Shown piece by piece: positions 1-9,457 of a DNA stretch of 60,685 nucleotides. Positions within the stretch are counted from its first letter, which is position 1; each line of letters starts with the position of its first letter. The stretch comes from an uncultured Erysipelotrichaceae bacterium (GTDB taxonomy: Bacteria; Bacillota_I; Bacilli_A; RFN20; CAG-826). The notes beneath the pieces are model-generated. The model worked only from the letters and a program-made list of their open reading frames with translations, did not search any database and had not been told where the DNA came from. The DNA is taken from the NCBI GenBank assembly GCA_900317165.1, contig ONFU01000001.1, forward strand, positions 1 to 60,685. Direction: 5' to 3'. Made by a program: the position numbers and the translations under genes.

Positions 1-64
1 CGACATGGTACTTACAGTTCCAGCAGGTATGCGCTAAACTAAGGTTGTCGGATGAATTCGACAT
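1..64 (-). CDS. 5' end of an unidentified ORF running off the left edge (MSNSSDNLSLAHTCWNCKYHV...)
   Basis: ATG at 64 on the minus strand lies 4 nt after AAAGGAG. 21 codons are open to position 1, too short for the ORF track. A CxxC motif sits near the N-terminus. Confidence 0.3.
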   Translation of the reverse strand, partial: MSNSSDNLSLAHTCWNCKYHV

Positions 65-200
65 TTGGCTCCTTTCAGATGGTGCGTTGGTCCGCCCCAT
101 CGTGATAGGAGCCTTCCACGGATTCCGCAAAGCTCTAAGCCCAACCGAACTCCCCGACTATCGGGGAGTTTTCACTCGCCGATACTATGTATCGTCTCAG
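65..200 (-). promoter_or_regulatory. Structured 5' leader with an RBS-sequestering helix (candidate riboswitch or attenuator, class unknown)
   Basis: No ORF. A perfect 10-bp hairpin pairs 148-157 with 161-170. GGCUCCU (107-113) pairs with the SD AGGAGCC (67-73), extended by GAUGG/CCAUC (97-101 with 78-82). Confidence 0.35.
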
Positions 201-201
201 A

Positions 202-239
202 CAAAAAGCAGCCAACGGTTTAATTGGCTGCTTTTTTTG
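202..239 (-). terminator. Bidirectional intrinsic terminator
   Basis: 9-bp stem agcagccaa/ttggctgct (207-215 with 224-232), flanked by an A-run and a T-run. It lies immediately downstream of the stop at 248. Confidence 0.7.
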
Positions 240-247
240 AATCGAAA

Positions 248-592
248 CTACTTGTCGGAATCGTCGGCTTTGGACTCTGCTTCTGGAGCTGGTTCAGCCT
301 TGGGTTCTTCGGCACTTGGAGTGACATCAACAACATCGGGCTTCGCGATATTGAACAAGGTCGCATAGTTAACCGGTGTATCGTCTTTAAGGATGAAGAC
401 GATGTTGAGAATCCAGTTGATGAATCCGAGGAAGGTACCAAAGATAATATCGAGGACGACAACAAGAATGTTTTCCTTGTTAAGGATATCGCGGATAACC
501 ATGTAAATCGTGTAGATGATTCCTAGGAAAATCGCGAGAAGAACCTTAACAATCTTTGGAAGCCCATCCATGGCCTTTAGAAATTCTTCCAT
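248..592 (-). CDS. Small integral membrane protein with an acidic/Lys-rich tail (hypothetical), paralogous in pattern to 1205-1426
   Basis: 114-aa ORF with hydrophobic segments (LLAIFLGIIYTIYMVI, VVVLDIIFGTFLGFINWILNIVFIL). AAAGGAG lies upstream and a terminator lies downstream. Confidence 0.55.
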   Translation of the reverse strand: MEEFLKAMDGLPKIVKVLLAIFLGIIYTIYMVIRDILNKENILVVVLDIIFGTFLGFINWILNIVFILKDDTPVNYATLFNIAKPDVVDVTPSAEEPKAEPAPEAESKADDSDK

Positions 593-622
593 TGTGTTTT
601 CTTACTCCTTTCGGGGAATATT

Positions 623-1120
623 TTAGTCAAACAATGCGCTTTTACAAGTAAAAGGAAGAGTTAACCTCTTCTCAATTTCCTTCACGAAGGATTCAAGGCC
701 TTCTTGATCTTCTTCGTCAAAGCGATTGAGGATAGGGGAATCGATATCAAGAACACCGATAATCCTTCCGTTTTTTCTAATTGGAATGACGATTTCGGAT
801 CGACTTGCGGCATCGCAGGCGATATGGCCTTTGAATTTATGAACGTCATCGACCCTTAGCGTTCTTTCTTCTTTGACGGAGGTTCCGCAAACGCCACGGC
901 CGACCATGATGGTTTGGCAGGCGACCTTTCCTTGGAAAGGACCAAGGAACAGTTCTTCCGCTTTTTCATCAAGGAAATAGAAACCGGCCCAATTCAAATC
1001 ATCAAGCGACATGAAGAGCAGGGCTGAGGCGTTAGAGAAAACGCTTATCTCGTTTGGCGCTTCTTCTATCAAACTCTTAAGAGAGAGGAGCAAATCCGAA
1101 TAAAGTTCTTTCTTTTCCAT
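623..1120 (-). CDS. GAF-domain protein, free methionine-(R)-sulfoxide reductase-like (YebR/MsrC family)
   Basis: LGPFQGKVACQTIMVGRGVCGT...VHKFKGHIACDAASRSEIVIPI...IGVLDIDS matches the fRMsr GAF signature. I placed the start at the internal Met (MEKKELYSDL) by alignment logic; the ORF track extends to 1195. Confidence 0.8.
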   Translation of the reverse strand: MEKKELYSDLLLSLKSLIEEAPNEISVFSNASALLFMSLDDLNWAGFYFLDEKAEELFLGPFQGKVACQTIMVGRGVCGTSVKEERTLRVDDVHKFKGHIACDAASRSEIVIPIRKNGRIIGVLDIDSPILNRFDEEDQEGLESFVKEIEKRLTLPFTCKSALFD

Positions 1121-1204
1121 GGCTTTAATTCTAATTAAGAGAGTGTGTAAGGCAAGAAAAAAGGCTCCTGGAACCCCAGAAGCCTTAATTGCCATTTCAG
1201 TCTC

Positions 1205-1426
1205 TTAGTTAGCAAGGCAGAGATGATTGAAGAGAATGACCCAGATCAAGTCAACCCAGCCCCAAACAGGAATGATGATCGCGAGGATGACGCCGAGGAT
1301 GTTGCCGGTAGTTGGCTTTTCGACGACGGCAGTGACGCGAACGAAGATCTCAACAACCCAGTTTACGAAGGGGATGAGAAGAAGGATGACTTGGATAAGG
1401 CGGGACTGGCTATTGAACCACTTCAT
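1205..1426 (-). CDS. Small integral membrane protein (hypothetical)
   Basis: 73-aa ORF with two hydrophobic spans and a spacing pattern similar to 248-592. Confidence 0.5.
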   Translation of the reverse strand: MKWFNSQSRLIQVILLLIPFVNWVVEIFVRVTAVVEKPTTGNILGVILAIIIPVWGWVDLIWVILFNHLCLAN

Positions 1427-1558
1427 TAGATTTGTACCTTCCTTTCCGTAAGGAATTATAAACCCTAGTTATATTTATAACCATTGTTTTTTAACATTTC
1501 GAAAAAAGCCCAAAACTTCCAAAAAAGTATACCGTTTCCCCATATTTAAGGCGAAACG

Positions 1559-2371
1559 TTAGTCATTTTTGACTTCGACGAGTTTAGCTAAAGGGGCTAA
1601 TTCCTTATTGGAAGCGATATAGCCATGATGGTTGATGACGTCTTCTTTGTTATAGACGAACTCCCTTTTCGTTTTTCCTTCAAGGAAAAGGCCGCCGGCT
1701 TCTTTGAGGATGATGGAGGCTGGGGCGACATCCCATTCCTTGGTAACCGCGTTGGTCCTAAAGAAGAAATCCGCCTTCCCTTCCGCGATCCTTGCCATCT
1801 TCAAGCTTGATCCTAAGGCCTTTGGGGAAGAAGCAAACCATTCCTTGTTCTTTGAATAAAAGGCATTGACCTCGTTTTGATTGGTTTTTGATTCCGAGGA
1901 AAGAAGGAAACCTTCGCCTTTGCCTCTATTAGAGACCGTTATCTTTTGGAGGCTGCCCTTATCAAGAAGAAAAGCCCCTTCTCCTTTAACCGCGTAATAG
2001 ATTTTATCTTCGTTAGGAGTGGCAATTAGCCCTAGGGCTATTTCGTTATTAACGGATAAAGCGATGTTAACCGCGAATTCCCCGTCTTTTTTGACGAAGT
2101 CCTTCGTTCCATCAAGAGGGTCGATTATCCAAACGCGCGGATTGGATAACCTAGACAAATCGTCATCGCTTTCTTCGGAGAGAATCGCATCTTGGGGAAA
2201 ATGCTCTTTGAGTAAGGAAAGGATAATCCTTTCAGAGGCTTTATCCGCTTCGGTAACGGGGCTATCGTCTGACTTTGTCTCAACATGAAAACCGCCGAGG
2301 TAGATTTCCATGATCCTTTTTGAAGCCAGAGTTGCCGCTTTGATTGCTATTTCGAGTTCTTTTTCTAACAT
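1559..2371 (-). CDS. Inositol monophosphatase family protein (IMPase/CysQ-like phosphatase)
   Basis: WIIDPLDGTKDF and LSEES motifs typical of the IMPase superfamily; 270 aa. Confidence 0.8.
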   Translation of the reverse strand: MLEKELEIAIKAATLASKRIMEIYLGGFHVETKSDDSPVTEADKASERIILSLLKEHFPQDAILSEESDDDLSRLSNPRVWIIDPLDGTKDFVKKDGEFAVNIALSVNNEIALGLIATPNEDKIYYAVKGEGAFLLDKGSLQKITVSNRGKGEGFLLSSESKTNQNEVNAFYSKNKEWFASSPKALGSSLKMARIAEGKADFFFRTNAVTKEWDVAPASIILKEAGGLFLEGKTKREFVYNKEDVINHHGYIASNKELAPLAKLVEVKND

Positions 2372-2379
2372 AAGGGTTT

Positions 2380-2404
2380 AGAAAACCCATCACAAAGGAT
2401 GGGC
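2380..2404 (-). terminator. Possible terminator hairpin after rpoE
   Basis: Minus-strand cccatc-ctttgt-gatggg followed by ttttc. It lies only ~9 nt from the next start codon, so it may be partial or leaky. Confidence 0.35.
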
Positions 2405-2423
2405 TATAGGGTTTTGGTTAAGA

Positions 2424-2897
2424 TTAATAATCTTCGCCGATGTTGCCATCGCGACCACCGATGTAGTCGTTAATGCCAACGTTTCCGGCATCATCGAGGC
2501 CTTCGCCATCGGTCGCGCCGGTATCGGAGACACCACCATCGACAAGACCGCCGCGGACGGAAGCGTTGTATTCGCTTTCTTCCTTAAGCTCAATGGCATC
2601 GTCATCGGTTTCGGCTTCCATGTCGTTATAGACTTCGGCGTCGGTGAGGTCCGGTTTGAAGGCGTGGCGGGAACGTAGGTCCCAGATGTTTCCGTCAAGA
2701 CGGATGAAGGTTCCGGAAGCTAGGGAGAGATCGGTATAGAAATGCCCGATGCGATCCATTTCCTCTTCGGCCGGGATTTCCAACTCGGTCTTGACCGCGT
2801 TCCAAAGATCGGGGAATTTCATCGCCATCCCGCAGTTCTCGAGGGTTTTGTAGGCCTGTTCAATCATGCTGCCTTTCAAATAATTTCTTTCGCTCAT
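2424..2897 (-). CDS. rpoE: DNA-directed RNA polymerase subunit delta
   Basis: N-terminal domain (FPDLWNAV...IGHFYTDLSLASGTFIRLDGNIWDLRS) followed by a long acidic C-terminal tail, the hallmark of Firmicutes RpoE. Confidence 0.85.
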   Translation of the reverse strand: MSERNYLKGSMIEQAYKTLENCGMAMKFPDLWNAVKTELEIPAEEEMDRIGHFYTDLSLASGTFIRLDGNIWDLRSRHAFKPDLTDAEVYNDMEAETDDDAIELKEESEYNASVRGGLVDGGVSDTGATDGEGLDDAGNVGINDYIGGRDGNIGEDY

Positions 2898-2938
2898 TGT
2901 TTTATTTCCTTTCTTGGTCTATTTCGTTCCGCTATATT

Positions 2939-4567
2939 CTACATCTTTTCTGGAGCGGAGACGCCGAGAATACGCAAGGCGTTGGCCATTGTGATTTCGG
3001 CTGCTTTTATAAGCGCTAAGCGCGCGGATGTCAATGGGATATCGTTACGGTCGATGATCCTCGAGGAAGCATAGAACTCGTGGATTCGTTCCGCAAGGGT
3101 ATGGATGTAACCCGCGATTTTATATGGGGCCCTATCCTTTGCCGCGCTTTCTATGGCCCCTGGGAAGGAAGCGATATGCTTAAGCAATGAATTCTCCGCT
3201 TCTTCTCCAAGTCTTTCTCCTTTTAGGTCAAGCGGGATATCGCTTCCTAGGCTAAGCAAGGAGGCGCATCTAGCGTGAGCGTATTGGGCGTAATAGACAG
3301 GGTTGGAGGAGGAACGTTCGAGGGCTAGGTTGTAATTGAAATCAAGATGGCTCGATGGGGAACGTTCAACGAAGAAATACCTAACCGCGTCTTTGCCAAC
3401 ATCGGCGACCAAGTCGCGATGGGCAATCGCTTTGCCGGTGCGCTTGCTCATTTTGACTTCCGCGCCATCGCGATAGACACGGACCACCTGAACTAGTTCG
3501 ACGTCAAGGGCGTCAGGGGAATAGCCTTTCATCATCAGAATGCTCTTAAGCCTTCCGATATAGCCGTGGTGATCGGCACCTAAGACATCGACGAGGAGGT
3601 CGAATCCGCGATCCAATTTGTTGTAATGGTAGCAGATATCCGGAGTGAAATAGGTGTAAAGGCCATCGCTTTTGACGATTGGACGGTCCTTATCATCCGC
3701 GTAACGGGAGGTCGCAAGATATTTGGCCCCATCTTGTTCATAGATGTCCTTCTTGAGGAATTCTAGGGTCTTTTCGATGTTCCCGTCTTTCCTGATGTCG
3801 GATTCATAGGTGAAGACATCGAACTTAACCCCGAAGTCCGCGAGGTCCTTGCGGAGTTTGGCGAGCTCGGCATCGACGCCATAACGGATGAAGAAATCGT
3901 GGGATTCATTGTTATCCGTGAGGTATTTATCACCGAATTGGTCTTTGATGGATTTGGCAATCGCGATGAGGTCTTCTCCATGGTAATCGTCATCGCTAAG
4001 TTCCAATGGGAGACCGAATAATTCTTTATAACGGGCGGAGAGGGAATGGCCTAAATGCTCAATCTGGTTTCCGCAATCGTTGACGTAGAATTCACGGGTA
4101 ACGTCATAACCGGCAAAATCCAATAAGGCGGCAATCGAATCACCAACCGCGGCGATTCTCGTATGGCCTAAATGGAGATCTCCGGTTGGGTTGGCCGAAA
4201 CGAATTCGACATTGACCTTTTTTCCTTTTGAGGCACCCCTGCCATAGTTTTCGCCCGCGTTAATGACCGTCTCAATGATGGAGGTGAGGGATTCTTGCTT
4301 CATGAAGAAGTTAAGGAATCCAGGGCCGGCAATTTCGACTTTCTCCACTTGCGGATCGACAAGAAGAGGCAAAAGCTTCTCCGCCAAAGCGCGGGGAGGC
4401 ATACCAGCCAAACGGGAATTCTTCATCGCGGCGTTGGTCGCATAATCGCCATGGACGGGATCTTTGCTACGCTCGATGACGATGGTGTTTTGATCAACCT
4501 CAATTCCGATTGAGGCAAAGGCCTTTCCGATTAGGCCCTTAAGCAGTTCCTCATTACCCATTCTCAT
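2939..4567 (-). CDS. argS: Arginine--tRNA ligase
   Basis: 542 aa with a class I HIGH-like motif (PTGDLHLGH) and an MSKR (KMSKS-like) motif. The ATGA overlaps the ispF stop. Confidence 0.95.
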   Translation of the reverse strand: MRMGNEELLKGLIGKAFASIGIEVDQNTIVIERSKDPVHGDYATNAAMKNSRLAGMPPRALAEKLLPLLVDPQVEKVEIAGPGFLNFFMKQESLTSIIETVINAGENYGRGASKGKKVNVEFVSANPTGDLHLGHTRIAAVGDSIAALLDFAGYDVTREFYVNDCGNQIEHLGHSLSARYKELFGLPLELSDDDYHGEDLIAIAKSIKDQFGDKYLTDNNESHDFFIRYGVDAELAKLRKDLADFGVKFDVFTYESDIRKDGNIEKTLEFLKKDIYEQDGAKYLATSRYADDKDRPIVKSDGLYTYFTPDICYHYNKLDRGFDLLVDVLGADHHGYIGRLKSILMMKGYSPDALDVELVQVVRVYRDGAEVKMSKRTGKAIAHRDLVADVGKDAVRYFFVERSPSSHLDFNYNLALERSSSNPVYYAQYAHARCASLLSLGSDIPLDLKGERLGEEAENSLLKHIASFPGAIESAAKDRAPYKIAGYIHTLAERIHEFYASSRIIDRNDIPLTSARLALIKAAEITMANALRILGVSAPEKM

Positions 4568-5046
4568 AACTCCTTTTTCATACTTACGATGGCACTAGCC
4601 TTAATGGCTAATCCTTTTCCGATATCCCCTAGTCCTTCGTTGGTCCCGGCGAGGATTCCGATTCTTTCTTTTTCAACCCCGAGGGTTTCGGCGATGCCTT
4701 CTTTCATTCTTTCGATATAGGGCCTAAGTTTTGGGGCTTCGGTCACGATTGAGATGGAGGCGTTTTCCAACGAATACCCTCTTTCCTTGGCCTTACCATA
4801 AGCAAAGCGGAGGATCTCGCGGGAATCTATTCCCTCGATCTTCGGATCGTTATTGGGGAAGAACGCCCCAATATCGGCTTCGCCCATAGAAGAGAGGATC
4901 GCATCAGAGAGAGCGTGAAGGACGACGTCGGCATCGCTATGGCCGAGAAGTCCCTTTTCAAAAGGAATCGTGACGGTTCCTAGAATTAGCTTTCTATTTT
5001 TCGAAAACCGATGTATGTCTTCGCCAAAACCAACTCTATAACTCAT
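4564..5046 (-). CDS. ispF: 2-C-methyl-D-erythritol 2,4-cyclodiphosphate synthase
   Basis: GFGEDIHRF...GHSDADVVLHAL motifs; 160 aa. Confidence 0.95.
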   Translation of the reverse strand: MSYRVGFGEDIHRFSKNRKLILGTVTIPFEKGLLGHSDADVVLHALSDAILSSMGEADIGAFFPNNDPKIEGIDSREILRFAYGKAKERGYSLENASISIVTEAPKLRPYIERMKEGIAETLGVEKERIGILAGTNEGLGDIGKGLAIKASAIVSMKKEL

Positions 5047-6155
5047 ACGTTGAAACGGAAGAAGACGCAGTCGCCGTCTTTCATCCGGTACTCCTTTCCT
5101 TCCATGCGGAGCTTGCCGGCTTCCTTAATGGCCGCTTCGCTTCCGAGCTCTTTCAATAATTCAAAATCATAGATTTCCGCTTTGATGAATCCCCTTTGGA
5201 AATCGGTATGGATGATCCCGGCGCATTCTGGGGCGGTCATGCCATTGGTGAATGTCCAAGCGCGGCATTCATCGGTTCCACAAGTGAAGAAAGTCGAGAG
5301 GTTAAGCAACCTATAGCAGGCTTTGGTCAATTTATCGAGACCTGATTCGGTCGCACCCATCGATTCAAGAAATTCCTTGCGGTCGTTTTTATCCTCGATT
5401 TGGGAGATATCGTATTCGATCTCGCAGGATACGGGAATGCACTGCGCGCCTTGGCTTTCCGCGATGCGTTTAACCGTTTTGTAATATTCGCATCCCTCGA
5501 GGTTGGCGTAATCATCGGCCCCGACGTTAGCGACGTAAAGGATTGGTTTAAGGGTTAGGAGGAAGAAATTCTTACGGGCATAGGCGATTTGCTCTTCCGA
5601 TAAGCCTTTGCATAATCTAGCGGGGAGGCCATCACTCAAGGTTTTGGAAATAGGTTCAAGAATCGCCATTTCATAAGCGGCTTCCTTATCGTGGCCGACA
5701 CGGGCTTTGATACCGAGTTTGGCCATCCTGTTGGTGACCGTATCAAGGTCGGCCATCGTTAACTCAAGGTCAATGGTCTCGATATCCCTTTGCGGGTCGA
5801 CGGTGGATTCGACATGGATAATCTCCGCGGAATCAAAGCAGCGAACGACCTCGACGATCGCGTCCGATTCCCTGATGGCCGCTAAAAACTGGTTGCCAAG
5901 GCCTTCACCTTTGGAAGCGCCTTTGACTAAGCCTGCGATATCATAAAACTCGAAGGTCGCATTGACCTTGCGGGCTGGGTGGAACAATTCATCAAGGAAA
6001 TCGAGTCGTTCGTCTGGAACCGAGACGATGCCTGTATTTGGCTTAATGGTCGCGAAGGGGTAATTGGCCGCCTCGACATGGGAATTGGTAATGGCGTTGA
6101 ACAAGGTTGATTTACCGACGTTTGGCAGTCCAACAATACCGGCTTTTAATGGCAT
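5043..6155 (-). CDS. ychF: Ribosome-binding ATPase YchF
   Basis: [17 protein letters not shown]-loop and a conserved C-terminal TGS-like FIKAEI...[13 protein letters not shown]; 370 aa. Confidence 0.95.
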   Translation of the reverse strand: MPLKAGIVGLPNVGKSTLFNAITNSHVEAANYPFATIKPNTGIVSVPDERLDFLDELFHPARKVNATFEFYDIAGLVKGASKGEGLGNQFLAAIRESDAIVEVVRCFDSAEIIHVESTVDPQRDIETIDLELTMADLDTVTNRMAKLGIKARVGHDKEAAYEMAILEPISKTLSDGLPARLCKGLSEEQIAYARKNFFLLTLKPILYVANVGADDYANLEGCEYYKTVKRIAESQGAQCIPVSCEIEYDISQIEDKNDRKEFLESMGATESGLDKLTKACYRLLNLSTFFTCGTDECRAWTFTNGMTAPECAGIIHTDFQRGFIKAEIYDFELLKELGSEAAIKEAGKLRMEGKEYRMKDGDCVFFRFNV

Positions 6156-6253
6156 TTTGACTCATTCCTCCTTTTGGCTGGAGTATATTACTCCATTTGA
6201 ATTGCTTTTAGTAGACTTTGCTTTATTAAGCAATGCAAAAAGTGTCGGGGAAT

Positions 6254-6292
6254 AAAAAAAGATCGGGTTCCACGAAGGCAATCGCACCGATC
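6254..6292 (-). terminator. Intrinsic terminator after the csp gene
   Basis: Minus-strand gatcggt...acccgatc stem followed by TTTTTTT. Confidence 0.5.
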
Positions 6293-6306
6293 AAAACGAC
6301 AAATAA

Positions 6307-6510
6307 TTAAGCGCTAACTTTCTTAACGTTGGACGCCCGAGGACCACGTTCCGATTCGGCGACATCGAATTCAACGGCTTCACCTTTTTCAGCAGTCTTG
6401 TAATCGTCCATCACCAATGCGGAATAGTGGAAGAAATAGTCTTTGCCATCCTCAGCGCGGATGAAGCCAAAACCTTTCTCTTTGTCGAACATTTTAACTG
6501 TTCCCTTCAT
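6307..6510 (-). CDS. csp: Cold-shock protein (CspA family)
   Basis: MKGTVKMFDKEKGFGFI...FFHYSAL carries the RNP1/RNP2 motifs; 67 aa. Confidence 0.92.
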   Translation of the reverse strand: MKGTVKMFDKEKGFGFIRAEDGKDYFFHYSALVMDDYKTAEKGEAVEFDVAESERGPRASNVKKVSA

Positions 6511-6573
6511 CTATTCTACACCTTTCCTGAAGTAACTTTCGATTCATGGAACTCAAAAGAAACTTCAACGTAT

Positions 6574-6601
6574 ATTTTAACGGAATTCAAAAATCTAACA
6601 A
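6574..6601 (-). promoter_or_regulatory. Candidate sigma-A promoter of csp (TTGTTA-16-TAAAAT)
   Basis: Hexamers read on the minus strand, leaving a ~55-60 nt leader. Confidence 0.3.
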
Positions 6602-6664
6602 TAGTCAATTTATAACGATAAATAATTGATTTTTCCCTTATCGAAAATGGAAACTAAAAGGGTC

Positions 6665-9457
6665 TTAAAAGTTTTCTTCCGGATTAGATTTAAATGTTAT
6701 CCTGATACAAAAAGAGAGGAAAACATAGAATAGGAGGGAGGTAACAAGGATTGAGACTAGGGGGATTGGAGAGAAGGAAAAATAAAATGAGGATCCGAAA
6801 ATTGCCGAGATGATATAGGCGACGAGCACTTCCATCGCCAAAAGAATCGCCAAAGACGGAACCAAAGAACGCAAGGTATACGATAAGGCGTGCATCCTCA
6901 TGGCCTTTTTTCTGTCTTCTAAGGAAATCCCGAGTTTATGGAGTAAGGCATCCTCTTCCTTACATTCCTCCAAAGTGATGGACATCACCACCAAAAATAG
7001 AAGACTCGCCATCAAAAGGGCAAGGAAAGAGAAGGCGATCAAAACAACTCCGATATAATCGGTAACCTCCTTCACGGTCGAACCGACCTCTTCGCTAGGA
7101 TTAAAGAATCGATAATCGCGAAAGGCTTCCTTCAATGACTCGTTCGCCTTTTTGGCCTCGTCCTTGGAGGAAAAATAGAATACCGCCCCTTCTGCTTCCA
7201 AATTGAAGCCAGAGATTTTGGCTCTGGTCAAAAAGAAGTCATGCGTCCAATCGTTTTCCACATATATGACATCGTGATCATTATGGACGATGCCGCTGAC
7301 CCGCAACGGGCAAATCGAATAATCCGATATGACTTGGCCTCCAATCAGTGCTCTATTTTTCTCAATGCCGATATATACCTCCAATGGGCTTCCCCATTTT
7401 TCGAATAGGGAGGATGAAATCCCGACCTCATCGATTGAGGATGGGGCTCTTCCTTGATCGAAGGTTTTCTTGCCAGCTTCAATCCAAAATCCTCCACTTC
7501 CCAGATAAGGAAGACTTCCCGAAACGACTTCGGAAGGCAAGGAAAGAGGCAAATCCGCATCCGCCTTCTCCCTAATCGAGGCCTTATCGCAGATATCTTC
7601 TAGCATCGTTTCGGAGGAAGACAAAAAGACATTTGAGGAAAAGCCGGAGATCACCGATTCCGTATCGGCGAAAAAGGAGCCTTTGGCGATTGGTTCCCTC
7701 CCCAAAATGCGGGGATCTTTTTTCTCCATTTCCTTCATTTTGGTGAAGGGCATGCCATATTTATCCGCGGAATAGAGGTAAATCCTCTCCTCCTTCAAAG
7801 GATGGTCATCATCCACGATCGAAGGAAGATAATCCTTGTTCCCATATTCATAAACGAGGTTTTGGTATTGCCCTTCTTCTCGGCTTTTCTTCAGGAAGTC
7901 TGAGAAATCGCCTTTTAAGGAAAGGTAAGGGACTTCAAACATTTCTTGGGCGTTGGAGAGGTTTGGACTCGTCTTTGGATGGAAATTTAATAGATCTACG
8001 AAGAAGGAATGATTCCATAAACGGTCGTTATGGTAAAAGCAAGGCACTTCGCTTCTAACGACACCGCGAATATCAAGGTATTCGCTATCGGCGAAATCCA
8101 TCCCGTAATTAGCCAGATCAAAGACAAGCGTCGGGTTTTGATAAAGAATATATTCCCCTAAGGAATTGAAATCCCTATCGATGCCCAATTCCAAGCAAAG
8201 ACGGAACATATTCTCATAAGGGAGACCAAGGACGATTTCATTGGTTTTTAGAACTTCATTGATGTTAGGGTACACAGAGGCCTCGTCATCTAGAAAAAGG
8301 AAGTCGTTCACGTTTTCGACTCGATAATAAGGGAGATCGATGTGAGTCCCACTCCTAGAAAGGAAATGGACCTCATCCGCGTCCGAAAACACATTTCCGT
8401 AATCGGTTTTCAAGCTAACGCCATAACCTTCAAATGCTTCAGGATGGTCTAAGACCATTTGCTTGGCTTTATCAAGTTCCAAAGAATAGGTGTTTGAAAT
8501 GGGGGAAGAAGCCTTTTCCACTGGTTTAACAATCAAGGTGTTGTCTTGGACGAATCCTCCGACGGCCTTATTGACCTCCTCGCCAATCGAAGAATGAATA
8601 TAGGTCGCTAAGCCTAGCCCTAACATCCCGACGGAAATCGCGACGTTAGAGATATAACCGCGGATTTTCTTGGCTTTAATCAAAGATGAGGCGTGCTTAT
8701 AAAGAAAGGAAAGGGGCACGTTGGTTTTTTCCTTTTTGGCCTTTAAGCGAATCGAGGAAGGAATCGGGCAATCGTTGCTTCTTTCGCTTTTCTCTTCCTT
8801 AACGATTTTCCCATCTTCTATATGGATCAACCTATCCGCGTATTTCCGTAATGTTTCCTCGTCGTGGCTAACGACTATCACTAATTTGTTTTTGGAAATT
8901 CCGCGGAGCAATTTGAATATGGCCTCAGCGTTTTTCTCATCTAGCGCTCCGGTTGGTTCATCCGCGAGGATCAAGCGAGGATCGTTAGCCAAGGCTCTAG
9001 CGATCGCTACCCTTTGTTTTTCCCCTCCCGACAACGTCATCACCCGCTTATTCCTTTTCTTCTCTAGTCCAACGAAAAGCAATAAATCCTGAACCTTCCT
9101 TTTTATCCTTCCGCTATCTTCGTTATAAAGGGCAAGAAGAGGAAGACGAATGTTTTCGGCTACCTTCTCAAGGTCCAAAAGTTTGAAATCCTGAAACACG
9201 TACCCAATATTTCTTAACCTAAACTCCGTGGCTTCGGCTTCGTTTAAACTGGTCAAAGACTTTCCCAAAAGAACCGTTGAACCCATGTATTTTCTGTCCA
9301 CACCAGAAAGGATATTCAATAAGGTGGATTTGCCTGATCCGGAAGGCCCTAAAATACCAACTAAGCCTTTTGAAGGGAAAGTCAGACTTACATCATGAAG
9401 CGCATATGAATCCCCATATCGCTTATATATATGACGGAGGATGACGAATTCATTCAT
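6665..9457 (-). CDS. Fused ABC ATPase / FtsX-MacB-type permease with a ~515-aa extracytoplasmic loop
   Basis: Walker A GPSGSGKST, signature LSGGEKQRVAIARAL and Walker B LILADEPTGALD at the N-terminus. These are followed by one TM, a long soluble region and three C-terminal TMs (FtsX-like). Confidence 0.85.
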   Translation of the reverse strand: MNEFVILRHIYKRYGDSYALHDVSLTFPSKGLVGILGPSGSGKSTLLNILSGVDRKYMGSTVLLGKSLTSLNEAEATEFRLRNIGYVFQDFKLLDLEKVAENIRLPLLALYNEDSGRIKRKVQDLLLFVGLEKKRNKRVMTLSGGEKQRVAIARALANDPRLILADEPTGALDEKNAEAIFKLLRGISKNKLVIVVSHDEETLRKYADRLIHIEDGKIVKEEKSERSNDCPIPSSIRLKAKKEKTNVPLSFLYKHASSLIKAKKIRGYISNVAISVGMLGLGLATYIHSSIGEEVNKAVGGFVQDNTLIVKPVEKASSPISNTYSLELDKAKQMVLDHPEAFEGYGVSLKTDYGNVFSDADEVHFLSRSGTHIDLPYYRVENVNDFLFLDDEASVYPNINEVLKTNEIVLGLPYENMFRLCLELGIDRDFNSLGEYILYQNPTLVFDLANYGMDFADSEYLDIRGVVRSEVPCFYHNDRLWNHSFFVDLLNFHPKTSPNLSNAQEMFEVPYLSLKGDFSDFLKKSREEGQYQNLVYEYGNKDYLPSIVDDDHPLKEERIYLYSADKYGMPFTKMKEMEKKDPRILGREPIAKGSFFADTESVISGFSSNVFLSSSETMLEDICDKASIREKADADLPLSLPSEVVSGSLPYLGSGGFWIEAGKKTFDQGRAPSSIDEVGISSSLFEKWGSPLEVYIGIEKNRALIGGQVISDYSICPLRVSGIVHNDHDVIYVENDWTHDFFLTRAKISGFNLEAEGAVFYFSSKDEAKKANESLKEAFRDYRFFNPSEEVGSTVKEVTDYIGVVLIAFSFLALLMASLLFLVVMSITLEECKEEDALLHKLGISLEDRKKAMRMHALSYTLRSLVPSLAILLAMEVLVAYIISAIFGSSFYFSFSPIPLVSILVTSLLFYVFLSFCIRITFKSNPEENF

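Noticed and set aside
45-526. ORF-track entries 45-368 (+), 220-465 (-) and 224-526 (+)
   Set aside because: They overlap the structured leader, the terminator and the better-supported membrane-protein ORF 248-592. They have no SD and low-complexity translations.
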